Assembly (NCBI GenBank): GCA_030390025.1
Contig: CM059431.1
Span: forward strand, 118,608,001 to 118,672,000
Source of the DNA: Squalus acanthias
Taxonomy: Eukaryota
Direction of reading: 5' to 3'
DNA length: 64,000 bases
Positions 1 to 11,884 of the stretch are shown here, piece after piece. The translations under genes were made by a program, and so were the position numbers. The notes beneath the pieces are model-generated. The model was not told where the DNA came from. It searched no databases and saw only the letters and a program-made list of their open reading frames with translations. Positions within the stretch are counted from its first letter, which is position 1; the number at the start of each line of letters is the position of its first letter.

Positions 1-495
1 GGCTGCAGCAACGCAATGGGGGTAGGGAAGCTCGGGGGCCTTCTCCCCGGAGGGCGAGTATGCCAGCGAGTCCTGCTGCACTGGACGCAGAGGAGGATCG
101 GCTGATCGCTGAAATGAACACCCAGGTGGTGGACATGCACACTGAGCTCATGGGTGCAGTGGGAAGGGTGCCCGAATGCATTGAATCACTGGCAAGGAGT
201 GTGGAGCACTTCGCTGTAGCACAGGCGGATGCCACGCAAATGTTTAGTGCTGCAATTCAGTCACTGACTGCCGTGACCCCATCTCTGACAGCTCTCATGC
301 AGACTCAGATTGAGGCCACGCGAGCACTGACTGCTGCCATCCTCGCTGGTTCGGACACATTTCCCCGGTGCTGTCACCGCACCGCAGCAGGTCAGCAATC
401 TGTGCTCCAGCAGATTGCTCCAGATGCTGAAGTGCTGCCCCGTGGGAGTGCCAGTGTGTCGGTCGAGCAGGGAGTTGCTGTCCTCTCTCAAGATG

Positions 496-700
496 CGGAG
501 ATGCCGGTGTTGGACTGGGGTGGACAAAAGTGAGAAGTCGCACAACACCAGGTTATAGTCCAACAGCTTTATTTGAAATCACAAGCTTTCGGAGCGCTGC
601 TCCTTCGGCAGGTGACCTGACGAAGGAGCAGCGCTCCATAAGCTTGTGATTTCGAATAAAGCTGTTGGACTATAACCTGGTGTTGTGCGACTTCTCACTT
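496..700. mobile_element. Penelope-like element remnant: fold-back (inverted pLTR) insertion
   Basis: Near-perfect inverted arms 528-612 / 616-700. 13-bp TSD CTCTCTCAAGATG (483-495, 701-713). Same terminal sequence as 6971-7773, which carries GIY-YIG coding sequence. Confidence 0.85.
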
Positions 701-803
701 CTCTCTCAAGATGACAGCATTCCTGCTGCCACCACTGTCACTTCTCCACTGCACTTGCCACCGCCTGTAGCCCAGACTGCTGCCGCCCATCCAGAGTTGG
801 TGC

Positions 804-2204
804 TGTAAGGGGTTCGGTCGTCGGTGCTTGTATCGCAGCCGGTGCTGGTGCGGGGTTAGGCCTTCGCTGCCTAATACTATTGCTTGCTCTGGTCTCCGGC
901 CAGCCTTGTTGCAATAAGCACCTGTGAGTGGTTCGACCCACTCGCCCTTACGGTTCTAACACTGGACTTAGGTGCGAGAGCAGTAATGCAGAGAAAAACT
1001 CAAATAGACCCGGTTGAATAGTACAAAATGGAAATCTTTATTGCATAGCGTCCACAATCATGAAGTACATGTCATAGGCGCAAATTAATGAGAGTACAAG
1101 TATACATACATTCATAAAACTTGGTCTAGGGTAATGAGGAACGCACGGCACATCGTAAAAAGGGGAACACATTATATTTATCCTTAATAAAACCACCCTC
1201 CCCTATCAATACCTACACTAATCTAGATTTGTATGATCGGGAAACATGCTCACCACTCGTGATACTTCGGAGAATTTTAAAGTGAGGCACTCGGCTCGTT
1301 TCGCTGCAGCGCCTGACTGTCACGTGTTTGAAAGGGTCTCTGTACCCCACTTGTTTATCTTCGCTGCTCCGGCAAGCAGGCTGGGCTCCCCGTCGTCATG
1401 AAGAACTCGACAGTGCTCGGACACGGTTGTAGAAGTCCAGAGAGACAATCAAAAGCTCACCAGTCAAGCGAGTCCATGAAGCGGCAAGCGAATAAGAGTT
1501 CAGCAGTCATCAGCCAGATAAGAGAATAATAAGCAAGAGTTCAGCCCGAGTCAAGAGTCGAATCAAGAGACCGATGGATATTTGTTCACTATAGTTATAG
1601 TGCTGTGTTCCCTTATCTCCCGCTCAAATCTTAATGTTTGTCCTTTGTGTAATACTGGTGCACAAAACTCCCAGCATGGGGCGATTCTTTCCTTTAATGG
1701 GTTTCGGTAGCACCTTAAACTGGCCAACTACCCGTTAATATTTTCCCCATTGTTGAACCGGCTAGGAGTCTCCCTGACTGGTTTTGGGGCCTCCTCGAAT
1801 ACTGACTTAATCACCCGAGAATGGCTCTCTCATTGTAGAGCCGTGGGGAATTTGCGTATTGATGTATCTGGATGGGCCTTCGATTGCCCAGTACAATGGT
1901 CCTTACTTGTGCATGGAAAACGATTCCAGCACTTATCTCTTGCTATTGTGTCGAATGCAGACAGGTTGCATCCTGTCTTTATCAGTGTTTGCTGCGTATT
2001 AACCAATCTTATATTGAAATGTTTATTCGAACGCCATCTTGTCTGCCCACTGAAAATTCTGGAAGCTTCTGCCACGAGGCGCGGCGGCCATTTTACAGGC
2101 TTCTGTGTCCTGTTTAATCATGACAGCATTTCGTTGAAATAAAACTGATGAAACGAATCTGCTTTATCTCGTTATTTCGAATCGCGATAATTGTGAATTT
2201 TACA
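804..2204 (-). mobile_element. Solo LTR (ERV/Gypsy-type)
   Basis: TGTAA...TTACA termini and 4-bp TSD GTGC (800-803, 2205-2208). AATAAA on the minus strand near 1037-1042. Removal restores the host ORF. Confidence 0.85.
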
Positions 2205-2715
2205 GTGCAGTCTGCAGCCGGGCCCTCCAGGCCCAGAGCTGGTCGAGGCCGTCCTTCAAGGGCATCTGCAGTCTCAGGTTCTGACAATCAGCAGCCTTCC
2301 ACCAGCCTTGCTGCAGCCGCTGGGGTCCCATTACGGAGGAGCAGTAGGGTGGGAAGGGGGAAAGTGCGCAAGGGAAGGAGATCACCCTCAAAGGGCAAAA
2401 AGTAGGAGGTGTGACAAAATGTTGGTCATTTTTTTATTAAAGGCCGAGGTTCGTGGTCAACCTTTTGTTTTGTGTTTTGGACATTATCTCCAGGTTGTGA
2501 GAACCAGGTATGTTAATGACTGTTTTTTTGTGTTTCTTTCTATTAGTTTGTCATGAAGAAATGACACACACAGAGTTTGTAAATAAATAAGTTTTTGTAT
2601 TCAAAATGTACAAGTTTGGTCTTTGGAATCATTGTTGCCTTGGCCAGCTTAGGGGTTGCGGGTTGGTTTCATTCATGTTGTTCTCAATGGCAGAAGCCAT
2701 TTCCTCAGCAGGGGC

Positions 2716-3874
2716 CTAGAAGCGGCTTGCTATCAGATGATGACAGACGGCCCTTCCAGTTTCTACATTGTGGACCTCCCTCCCGCCTTGGTGCTGCTGA
2801 TGATCATCCTCCTCCTCTTCCTCCGCCTCTTCCTCTTCCTCCTCTGGTGGTGCACCCAGGCCTGGTGGCATTGGCTGGGTCCTGAGGATTGCCAGGTTAT
2901 GCAGCATGCAGCACACAACTACGAAGAGGGAGACTTGCTCAGGCGAGTACTGCAGGGCTCCTCCTGACTGGTCCAGACAGCGGAACCATTGCTTCAGCAC
3001 GCCGATTGTATGCTCAACGATGTATCTGGTAGCGAGATAGCTCTCATTGTACCGCAGCTCAGCAGGGGTGTTGGGCGTACAGAGCAGTGTCATCAGCCAG
3101 GTGCACAGTGGATATCCCTTGTCCCCGAGAAGCCAACCAACTGGCTGATGCGGCGCCTGGAAAAGTTCTGCCACAGTAGTCTGGCGCGGGATGAATGCAT
3201 CGTGGCAGCTGCCAGGATAGTGGGCATTGACAGTGAGTATCAGCTGTCTGTGGTCACAGACCAACTGAACGTTTAAGGAATGGAACCCCTTCCTGTTGCG
3301 GAAATCCTCGGCATTCTCATGCGGAGCACGCAAAGCCACATGCGTGCAGTCAATGGCGCCCTGCACCATGGGGAAGCCCGCTATCCTAGCAAAGCCCATT
3401 GCGCATTCTTGCTGCTTGTCTTGTGTCATGGGGAAAGAGATGTACTCTCGTCTCCTTTTATTGAGGGCATTTGTGACCTGACAGATGCAGCAATGCACCG
3501 CGAACTGGGAGATATTGGCGATGTCCCCAGTAGCTGATTGAAATGAGCCAGTGGCATAAAAGTTCAGAGCCACTGTGATCTTCACTGGCACCAACAGAGA
3601 CCTCCTGGACCTCAGTTGAGGCTGCAGATCTCGCTGCAGTAGGTGGCAGAGCTCAGTGACCACCTCCTTGCTGAAGTGCAGCCTTCGCAAACACTGCTCC
3701 TCAGACATGAATGTAGGAGAACCGTTAGCGAAATACCCTGGGAGGGTAAGGTCTCCTGTACAGAGGCCTGTTGGCCCTCCTCCGTCTGGCCATGATTGCC
3801 ACTCTCTCTCTGTGTCTCTGTGTCCTCCGATTCTGGTGGCACAGGACGACGCCCCCAATCAGTGCAGCCCCCAT
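2716..3874 (-). pseudogene. Harbinger DDE transposase (HARBI1-like, DDE_Tnp_4 family) with an early stop and frameshift near 3710-3727
   Basis: Motifs LNFYATGSFQ, GAIDCTH, RKGFHSLNVQLVCD, PGSCHD, GDKGY, VEHTIGVLKQWFRCL, CCMLHN. The N-terminus (MGAAL...RRPYPPRVFR*) is in a different frame from the body. Confidence 0.92.
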
Positions 3875-5124
3875 TGTCTCTTGGCAATCAAAGTTATGAA
3901 GGTCAAAAACCAAAGTACCTGCAAAGTTATGATCAGTCGCCAAAACTACCTCACACAGCGTTGACTCAATGCAGAAGTCTCTCTTTCTCTCTCTCCGAAT
4001 CTCTCTCTCTCTCTCAGAACGAGTGGTGCAAAAATGTCTACCACAGAGAAAGACAGGAAGAGGCCCCATTTAAATAGCGCCCCCCCCCAGCCCCACAGCG
4101 ACTGGGGAGCGTTCCAGTCTTCGGTCATTGGTTGCGCCAGGCGGAAAGGATGGGGGCGCCACTCAATTTCCGCTCCAGGGCGCCACAAGGGCGTTGCACC
4201 CTCGTATGACGTCAAGATCTGCGTGCGCAGGAGATCGGGGCGGTAAAGTTTAGCGCCACCGCAAAATGTCCAGTTAATTTCGCGAGCGGCGCAAACATCG
4301 CCGCGCCCGGGCGCTAGTTGCTTTGAGCCCCATTAGCGCCCTCTTAAGGCGCTAACGGGAGGCGCAACCAACTGAATTTTTCCCCCTATATGTTTTAACG
4401 GGGCTAAAAATAAACTTACCTTATTGGACAGGGTTTTTAATGTATAAGTCAGTGATAAAAATTTATTTTTCTATTTTTTAAAACTCTTATGCTGGTAAAA
4501 GCAGGCCTGATGCTTGCTTTTACCAGGCGTAAGAATTTCACGGCCTTTCAGCGGGCGGAAGTTAGGCAAATAGCGCAACTCTCCACCCGCAGAGGCCCAT
4601 CTCCCGGGGATGCAGAGGATCTGTCAAGAAGATTCTTGACAGATCGCAAGTTCCGGGTTTTAGCGCATGCGCTTCGCATACCTAAACTCGCCACTTGCGC
4701 AGCCTCTATGGGCGTGTGCGCTACTTGTACGCACCCGTAGGGGTCGCAAAATATGGCGCTATGTTATCACATGTATGAGGATATGAAAGCACTTTGCATA
4801 AATACAGTGTATCACGTAGGAGAGGCAGACCTTATAATCAGAAGTGATATAACCATTCTTTGTTTTATCCCACTTCAGTTTTCTGTCAGACTCATGCTGG
4901 ATTACAGTTCCATGGCAAAGGTCACAGTTTGGTACCTATTCCTGTGTGTGCCTACACAGTGAGAGTGTTAGCAAGCTTTTCAATCATAGAAGGAATCAAA
5001 GAAACAGCCAGTTCTCCTCGCCCCAAAATCCACGCACAGTGCAATAGGAGTCACAGGAGCGGAAAGCACAGCTCATTTCCAACCCACACCCCCTCCCCTC
5101 CCCAGCTCAGCAACACTGAGGCTA

Positions 5125-5520
5125 TTTGAGCACAAAAATCTAAGCTGACACTCTGGTGCAGTGCTGAGGGAGCACTGCACTGTCAGAGATGCCGCCTTTC
5201 AGATGCGACGTTAAATCGAAGCCCCGTCTGCTCTCTCAGGTGGACTTAAAAGATCCCATGGCACTATTTCAAAGAAGAGCAGGGGAGTTATCCCCGGTAT
5301 CCTGGCCAATATTTATCCCTCAATCAACATAACAAACACAGATTATCTGGTCATTATCACATTGCTGTTTGTGGGAGCTTGCTGAGCGCAAATTGGCTGC
5401 TTCATTTCCTACATTACAACAGTGACTATACATCAAAATGTACTTCATTGGCTGTAAAGCGCTTTGAAACGTCCGGTGGTCGTGAAGGGTGCTGTATAAA
5501 TGCAAGTCTTCCTTTTTCTT
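5125..5520 (+). mobile_element. Deu-domain SINE (SacSINE1/AmnSINE1-related), 5'-truncated
   Basis: Core GCTGACACT..TGCAGT.CTGAGGGAG...CTCTCAGGTGGAC..AAAGATCCCATGGCACTATTT...CCTGGCCAATATTTATCCCTCAA; four other copies in the window. Confidence 0.8.
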
Positions 5521-6459
5521 TCTATTTGTTGCGCCATAGCCTTGGCTGAGATCAGCTAGCTGAACAGAAAGCAGGCATTGAACCGGAGACTATCCTACTC
5601 TGCTTGGTTCTGTTCCAGTCTCAGCATTAAATTTACAAGCGAAGCCATCTGGGATTCCTGAGATAAGCTATTTGGTCCTGATATTATACAGCTTATCCCA
5701 CTTGAGTTGTGCCTTCTGATGAATGATCAGAAAACGCTGAAGGTAGCCATAGAGAAATCTAAGGGACAATTTCCCGAGTTTTCACTCCTAACGAGGAGCT
5801 GTGCACACAAGGAGTGGGGATGAGAGAAATGGGCTACAATACCATATCCATCATAACCTAGTGAGATCCTGCCACACATGAGAGGAATGGGCTAAGAAAA
5901 GGAAAGAGGAAAAGCTGCAGCTCTTTGCTGTGGAAGTAGCTGGTCCCAAAAATCTTTGGGGGAAGAGGGCAGGCGGATCCCAGCCGAAGTACCAAGATGT
6001 GTCCTCCTGGGTCCTCCACTGGTGACCCTGTCAAAGTTCACAGGGTCAGGAGAAGGTCCTTGTTTTGCATGGTAATGTGGATAACCAGGGGTACATCTAA
6101 GGCGCCTGCCCACTGAAGAAGCCAGAAAGTTCAACCCAGAAATGGCATTCGAAGGGGGTGCCTGGTCTCCCAAGGAACAATCTGTCAACTATCCCCAGTG
6201 ACTACCTTAGAAATGGGGCTGCATGTAAAAAAAATTGAAAATAAATCAGAAGTCCTGTTTTTGAGACCCAAGCCATGATCCTGACCTGGAAGCCCAGGTA
6301 GACCTTGCTTCTGCTGTTCGATGCCCATGTACATCTGGTCTTTCCAGGTGTACCAGTTGTCAAGCTTTCCCCACTGATGGAAAGGCCAGTCCTCAACTTT
6401 GGCCATTTTCCTTCATACACTACTAACCTTGGAGGCTCTGCCCCTTATAAAGCCAAGCA

Positions 6460-6930
6460 GGCTGCATTTATTGCTCATCACTAGTTGCCCTGAGATGCTG
6501 ATGGTGAGGCTTCTTTACTGCTACAGCCGTTGTGTTGATGATGCTCCGACTGTGATTTTAGGTAGGGAATTCCAGAATATTGACTCAGTGACAATAAAAT
6601 ATCAGCAGTATATGTCCAAGTCAGAATGGTGTATGACTTGGAGCGGAACTTGGAGATAGTGGTGTCCCTACGATATTGCTGCTATTGTTCTTCTTGGTGG
6701 TAGAGGTCACGGGGAGGGAGGTGCTGTCAAAATAACCTTGGTGATTTGTTACAATGCATCCTGTGTGTAGTATGTGCTCCAACCACAGTGCACTGGTGGT
6801 GGTGGGATGGGTATTATGTTCAGTGGAAGGGATGCCGATCTAGTGAACCTCTGTCGTGGAAGGTGTCAAACCTCTTGAGTGTTGTTGCAGCTGTACCTAT
6901 CCAGGCAAGTCGTGAGTATTCCATCACAAT
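6460..6930 (-). mobile_element. Degenerate LINE 3' fragment
   Basis: Resembles the 3' region of a chondrichthyan LINE (recognised from memory); no intact ORF. Confidence 0.35.
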
Positions 6931-7052
6931 CTTCTGTCACATTCCATCACAATGTCCTGGTCAATATTGTGGAGATGCCGGCGTTGGACTGGGGTGGACA
7001 AAAATGAGAAGTCGCACAACACCAGGTTATAGTCCAACAGATTTATTTAATT

Positions 7053-7091
7053 TTACAAGCTTTCGGAGCTATTCGCTCCTTCCTCAGGTAA
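7053..7091 (-). ncRNA. Minimal type I hammerhead ribozyme motif
   Basis: Minus strand reads UUAC-CUGAGGA-A-GGAGC(GAAUA)GCUCC-GAAA-GC-UU-GUAA. Confidence 0.75.
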
Positions 7092-7684
7092 GTTAGCAGT
7101 GAGAGAATTTCCCAGAATTCACAATTTAAACACAGACTAACTCTATTCAAATCTTTCCCTACATCAAAGACACACTAAGAGTACAGCCAAGACAATGAGA
7201 TGTGTCCCAGGGGGTCCAACGTGTCAAACCACCTGCTGGCTGCATATCCTGTCAATTTGTGTTGGTTCTTGTGTTAGTCTTTTTAAAAAAAAAAACACCT
7301 GGGAAGACCGGCCATGATGTCAAGTCACGTTCTGTATTGTGACATGAACCCGATATCGCGATTGAGGCCATCCTCATGAGTGCGAAACTTGGCTATCAGT
7401 TTCTGCTCTATGATTTTGCGCTGTCGTGTATCCCGAAGGCCGCCTTGGAGAACGCTTACCCGCAGATTCTTGTGTTAGTGATTTTTTTTTTAAAAAGACT
7501 AACACAAGAACCAACACAAATTGACAGGATATGCAGCCAGCAGGTGGTTTGACACGTTGGACCCCCTGGGACACATCTCATTGTCTTGGCTGTACTCTTA
7601 GTGTGTCTTTGATGTAGGGAAAGATTTGAATAGAGTTTGTCTGTGTTTAAATTGTGAATTCTGGGAGATTCTCTCACTGCTAAC

Positions 7685-7723
7685 TTACCTGAGGAAGGAG
7701 TGAATAGCTCCGAAAGCTTGTAA
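7685..7723 (+). ncRNA. Minimal type I hammerhead ribozyme motif
   Basis: UUAC-CUGAGGA-A-GGAGU(GAAUA)GCUCC-GAAA-GC-UU-GUAA: intact core, with one G-U pair in stem II. Confidence 0.75.
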
Positions 7724-7784
7724 AATTAAATAAATCTGTTGGACTATAACCTGGTGTTGTGCGACTTCTCATTCTGGTCAATAT

Positions 7785-8748
7785 TGTAAGGGGTTTTTGT
7801 CTCAGGGGCTTATTTGTAGGTCAGCCAGTTATGTTTTCCTGGGCTGTCCTGCCCGCTGTGCGGTTGCAAATCGCTATCCCCTTCCTAGTTCTGAGCCCAG
7901 GACTTATCGAGCAGTGATAAGGACAAATGAACAGACCCGTGGATTGGTGCAAGGAAAACCAATGTTTATTTACAGAAGTAAAACTACAGAGAAACAGTAT
8001 TATATGAAGAAAACAAAATCACTATGCAGTACGGTTTTACACTTAACATGGGAGGAGAACGGACACATGGAGGGAAAATTCTAAAATTACAATTTTAGCA
8101 ATATCCCCATTAATTCCCACCCTTACGCCTAACTAAAATTGTCTTGCGACAGCCAGAAGAAGATAATGCTCACCGGTGAAATGGATGGAAAAACCCGGCC
8201 CTGTACCCTGTCTCTGCCGTCGAAACGTGGCTACGAAGTTTCTGGATGGTCTTCTTTCTTGGCTGTTGGCAGACAGACAGGGTGAACCGGGACCCAGGCA
8301 GAGAGAGAGAGAGCGAGTGGCTGGGTCTTCCCAGTTATACCCTCCCAGTCGTCCTAATCTCCCGCCAGATCAGCTCATTTCTATTGTCTGATCTGGGCAT
8401 AATGAATTTTAACAAAAGGTTCCGATCTTGGCCCATCATGTTAGATGGCCGGTAATTGCATCATGCCAGTTCTTCAACTGCTCCCTTTGTCCGACAGGTT
8501 CGATGATGGGTGCCAGCCCAGTCTCAATGTCCCCGCTGATTATTTGAGCAAACACCTTGAAAGCCTTATGCGTAGACCTGATTGTAATTGGGCTTGTCCC
8601 CAATGCATAAGGAAATCGGAATACACAAGCTGATAGTTTGCCATTTTGATATGCCCTGGATTTTAAAACTCAGTCTGACCAGGGTTCCTTTTAATAAGTC
8701 CAACAAAATCTTCGGGGGGGAACACATGAAATTTTGCGAATCCTTTCA
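7785..8748 (-). mobile_element. Solo LTR inserted into a Deu-SINE
   Basis: TG...CA termini and 4-bp TSD ATAT (7781-7784, 8749-8752). The SINE resumes in register (ATAT-TTATCCCTCAACC). Minus-strand AATAAA near 7966-7971. Confidence 0.8.
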
Positions 8749-8955
8749 ATATTTATCCCTCAACCAACATCAGTAAAACAGATTATCTGGTCATTATCGC
8801 ATTGTTGTTTGTGGGGGGCTTGCTGTACGCAAATTGGCTGCCACGTTACCTACATTAAACAGTGACTACACTTCAAAAATACTTCATTGGCTGTCAAGTG
8901 CTTTGGGACGTCCTGAGGTCGTGAAAAGCGCCATATAAATGCAAGTTCTTTCTTC
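8749..8955 (+). mobile_element. 3' part of a Deu-domain SINE (its 5' stub is at ~6953-6967)
   Basis: Matches 5309-5520. Confidence 0.8.
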
Positions 8956-9736
8956 TGTCACTTAAAACTTGTAGATGGCAGAAAAACTTTGAGGGCTTAA
9001 GAGGTGAGCCATTCATCACAGATTATTCGGCCTTTGTCCTGTTCTGCTCTTGTAGCCAGTGAAACTTCTGGCCATTCCGATGCACTACTGCCAAAGTTAC
9101 AGTGGACTTACGCTGGAAGGGCTGCAGACTCTTGGGGCCCTGGTTTTCATCTTTGTGCATACAATAATTGGGAGAATTTCTTATTTAAAAAGAAGCTTTG
9201 AATTTATTTTAATAAAATTGAATCATCATTTCTACGAGACTTGGATTAACGATTAAAATCCCTGAGAAACCTTTATTCTGAACAAAAATATCACTGGCTC
9301 TAACGCTAAAGAAAGCAGAAGCAGTAATAGAACCTCAGTTCAGAGAAACATACTTCAACAGACAGGCAATCGGTAGGATCTTATTAGGAGCCTGTTTTAG
9401 TGAAAGGCAGCTTTAGTAAGATCTAGTTTGAGCTTTCTTTCATCCAGGGTAAATGGGAGAATACAGCTTTGCCTGCTTTGAACCTCCCAATTCCTGGACT
9501 CCAGGATGAACCCAGTTTTTATGATCATTCAGTAACAATTCAATTAAAAAAAACTTTTTTCGCACCAAGAAACATGACCCAGGGGATAGATTTTCATCTA
9601 CAATGTATGAAGGTTAATCTGGCAGAGTGGATCATCTGTTCGTTATAGCACTCATCCAATTTTCATTCCATTGATTACCGTCCATACACACAAATTTGCC
9701 CCAAGCTGTTTTATTTTGGCAAATACATTTTTTACC

Positions 9737-11378
9737 TGAATCATAGAAAGGTTACAGCACGGAAGGAGGCCATTCGGCCCGTCAAGCCCGTGCCGACTCT
9801 CAGCTAGTCCCACTCCCCCGCCCTTTCCCCGTAGTCCTGCAATTTTTTTTCCTTCAAATACTTGTCCAACTCCCTTGTGAAAGATAAGATTGAGTCTGCC
9901 TCCACCACCCTTTCAGGAAGTGCATTGCAGATCTTAACCACTCGCTGCGTAAAAAAGTGTTTTCTTACGTCGCCTTTGGTTCTTTTGCCAATCACCTTCA
10001 ATCTGTGTCCTCTGGTTCTCGAACGTTCTGCCAATGGGAACAGTTTCTCTATTTACTCTGTCCAGACCCCTCATGATTTTGACAACCTCTATCAAATCTC
10101 CTCTAAATCTTCTCTGCTCCAAGGAGAACAACCCCAGCTTCTCCAGTCTATCAATGTAACTGAAGTCCCTCATTCCTGGAATCATTCTCGTAAATCTTTT
10201 CTGCACCTTCTCTAAGGCCTTCACATCCTTCCTAAAGTGCGGTACCCAGAATTGGACACAGTACTCCAGTTGGGGCCGAGCCAGTGTTTTATACAGGTTC
10301 ATCATAATTTTCACACTTTTGTGCTCTATACCTCTATTTATGAAGCCCAGGATCCCGTAATTCTTTTTAACTGCTTTCTCAACCAGCCCTGCCACCTTCA
10401 ACGATTTGTGCACACATACCCCCAGGTCTCTCTGTTTATGCATCCCCTTTAGGATTGTACTATTTAGTTTATATGTCCTCTCCCCATTCCTTCTACCAAA
10501 ATGTATCGCTTTGCACATTTCTGCGTTAAATTTCATCTGCCACGTGTCCGCCCATTTCCCCAGCCTGTCTATGTCTTCTTGAAGTCTATCACTCTCCTCC
10601 TCACTGTTCACTATACTTCCAAGTTTTGTGTCATCTGCAAATTTTGAAACTATGCTCTGTACACCCATGTCCAAGTCATTAATACATATCAAGAAAAGCA
10701 GTGGTCCTAGAACCGATCCCTGGGGAACACCACAGTATAACTTTCTCCAGTCCGAAAAACAACCGCTCACCACTACTCTCAGTTTCCTGTCACTTAGCCA
10801 ATTTAGTATCCATGCTGCCACTGTCCCTTTTATTCCATGGGCTTTAACTTTGCTGGCATACCTATTATGTGGCACTTTGTCGAGCGCCTTTTGGAAATCC
10901 ATGTACACTATTTCAAGCGCATTACCCTCATCAACCCTCTCTGTTACCTCATCAAAAAACTCAATCAACTTGGTTAAACACGATTTGCCTTTAACAAATC
11001 CTTGCTGGCTTTCTTAATTAATCCACACCTATCCAAGTGATTGCTAATTTTGTCCCTGATTACTGTTTCTAAAAGCTTCCCCACTACCGAGGTCAAACTG
11101 ACTGGCCTGTAGTTGCTGGGTTTATCTTTACACCCTTTTTTGAACAATGGTGTAACATTTGCAATTCTCCAGTCCACTGGCATCACCCCTGTATCTATGG
11201 AGGATTGGAATATTATGGCCAGTACCTCCATGACTTCCGCCCTCAATTCCCTTAGCATCCTAGGATGCATCCCATCTGCTCCTGGTGATTTATCTACTTT
11301 AAGTACAGCCAGCATTTCTAATACCTCTTCTTTATCAATTTTTATCCTATCAAGTGTCTCCACTACCTTCTCCTTCAC
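9737..11378 (-). mobile_element. CR1 LINE, 5'-truncated (RT region plus 3' UTR)
   Basis: ORFs 10974-11462 and 9934-10968 contain NYRPVSLTSV, DFQKALDKVPH, GVPQGSVLGP, KFADD; frameshifted; ATTCTATG-type tail remnant at ~9737. Confidence 0.92.
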
Positions 11379-11641
11379 ATGCTGCAAGGTATGCAGTGAA
11401 ATTGCTGCTAATAGGTAACATGTTGGAAATTGACTGTATGGAAATAAAGACCTGCGTCTCAAAGGGTTTTAATGATTACTAGTTGATCTCATGCATCATT
11501 ATTCATGGGTAGCCTGGAACACAGTTCTGAAGTTTAGCTGCGAATCTGGTCTGTCTCTTTGAAGGTTACTTCTCAGGTGGTCCTTGTGGGGAAATGGTCT
11601 AAATAGATTCTGGAGTACATCAGAGTTTAATAGCTGTTTGA

Positions 11642-11884
11642 CATAGAATGACATTGTATTTACAGCACAGAAACAGGCCATTTGGCCCAACTGGTCCATG
11701 CCGGTGTTTATGCTCCAAACGAGCCTCCTCCCGCCCTATTTCACCTAACCCTATCAGCATATCCTTCTATTCCTTTCTCCCTCATGTACTTTTCTGGCAT
11801 CCCCTTAAATGCATCTATACTATTCGCCTCAATCCATGTGGTAGCAAGTTTTACATTCTAACCACTCTCTGGGTGAAGAAGTTT
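11642..11884 (-). mobile_element. CR1 3'-end fragment
   Basis: CR1-type 3' UTR (..ACAGCACAGAAACAGGCCAT..GGCCC..) and remnant of the FTQRVV-encoding segment. Confidence 0.7.

Larger units (their letters stand above)
3..2405 (+). pseudogene. C-terminal part of the Harbinger accessory (Myb/SANT-partner) protein, split by two insertions
   Basis: Removing the inserts at 496-700 and 804-2204, each with one TSD copy, restores one frame: ...VAVLSQD|DSIPAATTVTSPLHLPPPVAQTAAAHPELV|QSAAGPSRPRAG...SKGKK*. A homologous segment lies at 62592-62993 (AVLSQD...AQTAAVHAEV). Confidence 0.75.
1..4386. mobile_element. Harbinger (PIF/Harbinger) DNA transposon, autonomous-type; left part outside the window
   Basis: Convergent + strand Myb-partner ORF and - strand DDE transposase. 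Right end CAACCAACTGAATTTTTCCCCC (ends 4386) matches the TIR of the MITEs at 16601 and 56686. Multiple TTAGCGCC/GGCGCTAA subterminal motifs. Confidence 0.9.
6971..7773 (-). mobile_element. Penelope-like element 3' fragment with inverted pLTR arms
   Basis: ~295-bp inverted arms (~7004-7298 / ~7479-7773). The loop encodes a GIY-YIG C-terminus on the minus strand at 7325-7468 (LRVSVLQGGLRDTRQRKIIEQKLIAKFRTHEDGLNRDIGFMSQYRT*). 14-bp TSD CTGGTCAATATTGT (6957-6970, 7774-7787). Confidence 0.9.

Noticed and set aside
617..649. Functional hammerhead (and its mirror at 579-615)
   Set aside because: Core lesions (GAAA->AUAA; CUGACGA->CUGCCGA) make both likely inactive, so they are not listed as ncRNA features.
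528..700. Pre-miRNA or terminator hairpin
   Set aside because: The arms are Penelope pLTR sequence bounded by a TSD, so the hairpin is explained by inversion at integration.
2716..3874. Domesticated host gene HARBI1
   Set aside because: It has a nonsense codon and a frameshift, lies inside TIR-bounded DNA with a convergent accessory gene, and has several decayed paralogues in the window.
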